Under the pieces are notes generated by a model. The model searched no databases. It was not told where the DNA came from and saw only the letters and a program-made list of their open reading frames with translations. A DNA stretch of 64,000 nt from Candidatus Cloacimonadales bacterium (lineage in GTDB: Bacteria > Cloacimonadota > Cloacimonadia > Cloacimonadales > JAFGVF01), in assembly GCA_963678315.1 (NCBI GenBank), contig OY782781.1, forward strand, positions 2,624,001 through 2,688,000, read 5' to 3'. Shown one piece after another: positions 62,312-64,000 of this stretch (position 1 is its first letter; the number at the start of each line of letters is the position of its first letter). A program made the position numbers and the translations under genes.

Positions 62312-62331
62312 GAGAGATGCAAGCATCTCTC
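62312..62331 (-). terminator. Rho-independent terminator
   Basis: gagagatgc/gcatctctc stem followed by T-rich tract on minus strand. Confidence 0.7.
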
Positions 62332-62367
62332 AATAGTATTAAAATATAAGTACTACTTAATGAGGTA

Positions 62368-63477
62368 TTAAGATGAAAGAAGTGCAATTATAATTCCACC
62401 TGCGATAACAGAACCAATTTGCCCAGCAACATTAGCAGAAACAGCTGGCATAAGTAAGAAGTTAAATGGGTCTTCTTTCTGTCCCATTTTATGGACTACT
62501 CTAGCAGACATTGGGAAAGCTGAGATACCACAACCACCAACCATTGGGTTTATCTTCTTGGAGCTAAACAAGTTTAATATTTTAGCAAAAATAACACCGC
62601 CGGCAGTATCAAAAATAAAGGCAATTAGCCCTAAGCCCATAATCATCAATGTTTGAAGATTTAAGAATTTATCTGGTGTCATTGTTGAAGCTATAGAAAT
62701 ACCCAATACAATAGTTATTAAGTTAGCTAAAGTTGTTTGAGCAGTTTCTGAAATAGAATTAAGAACTCCACATTCTCTGATTAGATTTCCGAACATTAGA
62801 AATCCAATTAAGGAAACTGAGTCTGGAGCAATGAGTCCAGCGATAAAAGTTATCAAGATTGGGAAAAGTATTTTCACAATTCTAGGAATATCTTCAGCTT
62901 TATAATCCATTCTAATCAATCTTTCTTCTTTTGTAGTAAGAAGTTTGATTACTGGAGGTTGAATAAGTGGCACAAGAGCCATATAGGAATAAGCTGCGAC
63001 CGATATTGGAGCAAGTAAATCTTTTGCAAAACGGTTAGCCACAAAGATAGAGGTAGGACCATCAGCAGCACCTATCACACCAATAGCTGAAGCATCTGTA
63101 ATTTTAAATCCAAGAGCAGCAGCTAAGACTATAGTAACAAAAATACCAAATTGGGCAGCACCGCCAAATAAGAGCATTTTAGGATTCTGCAGAAGAGGTG
63201 TAAAATCAATCATAGCACCTATAGCTATAAACAAAATTAGTGGAAACATCTCATTGCTAATACCATAGTCAAATAGTATAGAAAGAGCACCTGTACCTTC
63301 AACAACAGCCCCCGAGAAGGGGATATTTGTTAAAATTGTACCAAAACCTAATGGTAACAACAATGTTGGTTCATACTCTTTTGCAATTGCAAGATAGATA
63401 AGAGTACCACCGATAATGTACATTACCCATAATTTCCAATCACCTAAACCAATAATTCCTTTAAGAAAAACGTCCAT
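62368..63477 (-). CDS. Na+-translocating decarboxylase beta subunit (OadB/GcdB/MmdB family)
   Basis: 'EP.LLLPLGFG', 'GAAQFGIF', 'IGAADGPTSIF', 'AAYSYMALVP', 'SAFPMSAR'. Confidence 0.93.
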   Translation of the reverse strand: MDVFLKGIIGLGDWKLWVMYIIGGTLIYLAIAKEYEPTLLLPLGFGTILTNIPFSGAVVEGTGALSILFDYGISNEMFPLILFIAIGAMIDFTPLLQNPKMLLFGGAAQFGIFVTIVLAAALGFKITDASAIGVIGAADGPTSIFVANRFAKDLLAPISVAAYSYMALVPLIQPPVIKLLTTKEERLIRMDYKAEDIPRIVKILFPILITFIAGLIAPDSVSLIGFLMFGNLIRECGVLNSISETAQTTLANLITIVLGISIASTMTPDKFLNLQTLMIMGLGLIAFIFDTAGGVIFAKILNLFSSKKINPMVGGCGISAFPMSARVVHKMGQKEDPFNFLLMPAVSANVAGQIGSVIAGGIIIALLSS

Positions 63478-63502
63478 TAAATCTCCGAGTTTATATTATA
63501 TT

Positions 63503-64000
63503 TTATTTTTCAATATATTTAAAAATAGTTTTAGGGAACTTATCAGTAACGATTAAAAAGCCGTCTTTATAATTAACTATTCCTTCCCAGTTAGAAGAGT
63601 AATCTAATGCTTCTTTTTTTATGTACACAGGTTCCCTATTGTTATCATAGATTAATTTATCATTAACTAACTTTAATGGTATAATTCTTTCTACACCTTG
63701 TTCAAAATTGTTAATAGTACTATAAGGATTAGCAATATAATCTGTGCTTGGTTTATATTTTTCAACATCACCTGGCCAGAGATAATTTATAGCCCATCCT
63801 TCTCCAGCTTTATTAAACTGAGTAACATCAGTAATTCTATACTCAATAGAGTCCATCGCTAAGTCTTCTACACTTGAAAATGTTTTGCTAATTCGCTTTA
63901 CTATTGCTTTCTTGTTAATCAAAGCTCCATTTGCTTCATAAATAACATAGATGTAATCATCTGTTGTAAAACTAGATTCAAAGGAAGCATTAAAAACATC
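63503..64000 (-). CDS. Hypothetical protein, 5'-truncated by window edge
   Basis: Frame stays open upstream of 63922 to the window end (DVFNASFESSFTTDDYIYVIYEANG..). Confidence 0.65.
   Translation of the reverse strand, partial: DVFNASFESSFTTDDYIYVIYEANGALINKKAIVKRISKTFSSVEDLAMDSIEYRITDVTQFNKAGEGWAINYLWPGDVEKYKPSTDYIANPYSTINNFEQGVERIIPLKLVNDKLIYDNNREPVYIKKEALDYSSNWEGIVNYKDGFLIVTDKFPKTIFKYIEK

Overview
AT-rich (roughly 30% GC by eye) bacterial chromosome segment. The style of the secreted proteins (FlgD-Ig/T9SS-like 'NYPNPFN' C-terminus, choice-of-anchor/PKD/FN3 modules) suggests FCB group, most likely Cloacimonadota (inference). The left end (0.1-6.2 kb) is a housekeeping run: flippase, SGNH lipoprotein, VOC, nitrilase, dGTPase-like HD protein, trmB. 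The centre (6.4-49.6 kb) is a single-strand block bounded by a perfect 55-bp direct repeat. It encodes an 8198-aa modular surface protein followed by an ABCG-like exporter, two stand-alone cNMP-binding proteins, a tandem-cyclase/ATPase/TPR adenylate cyclase, and a SiaB-SiaC-cyclase-2xSiaA-like partner-switch module in which a class III adenylate cyclase occupies the place of the diguanylate cyclase SiaD. This apparent cAMP-wired Sia/adhesin locus is the best candidate for an undescribed system. The right end carries alpha-2-macroglobulin/pbpC, DUF3108-like, trxA, a TetR-controlled secreted protein, cdd and a Na+-translocating decarboxylase beta subunit. Intergenic spaces hold abutting arrays of dissimilar REP-like hairpins. 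No rRNA, tRNA, CRISPR array, integrase or transposase was seen.
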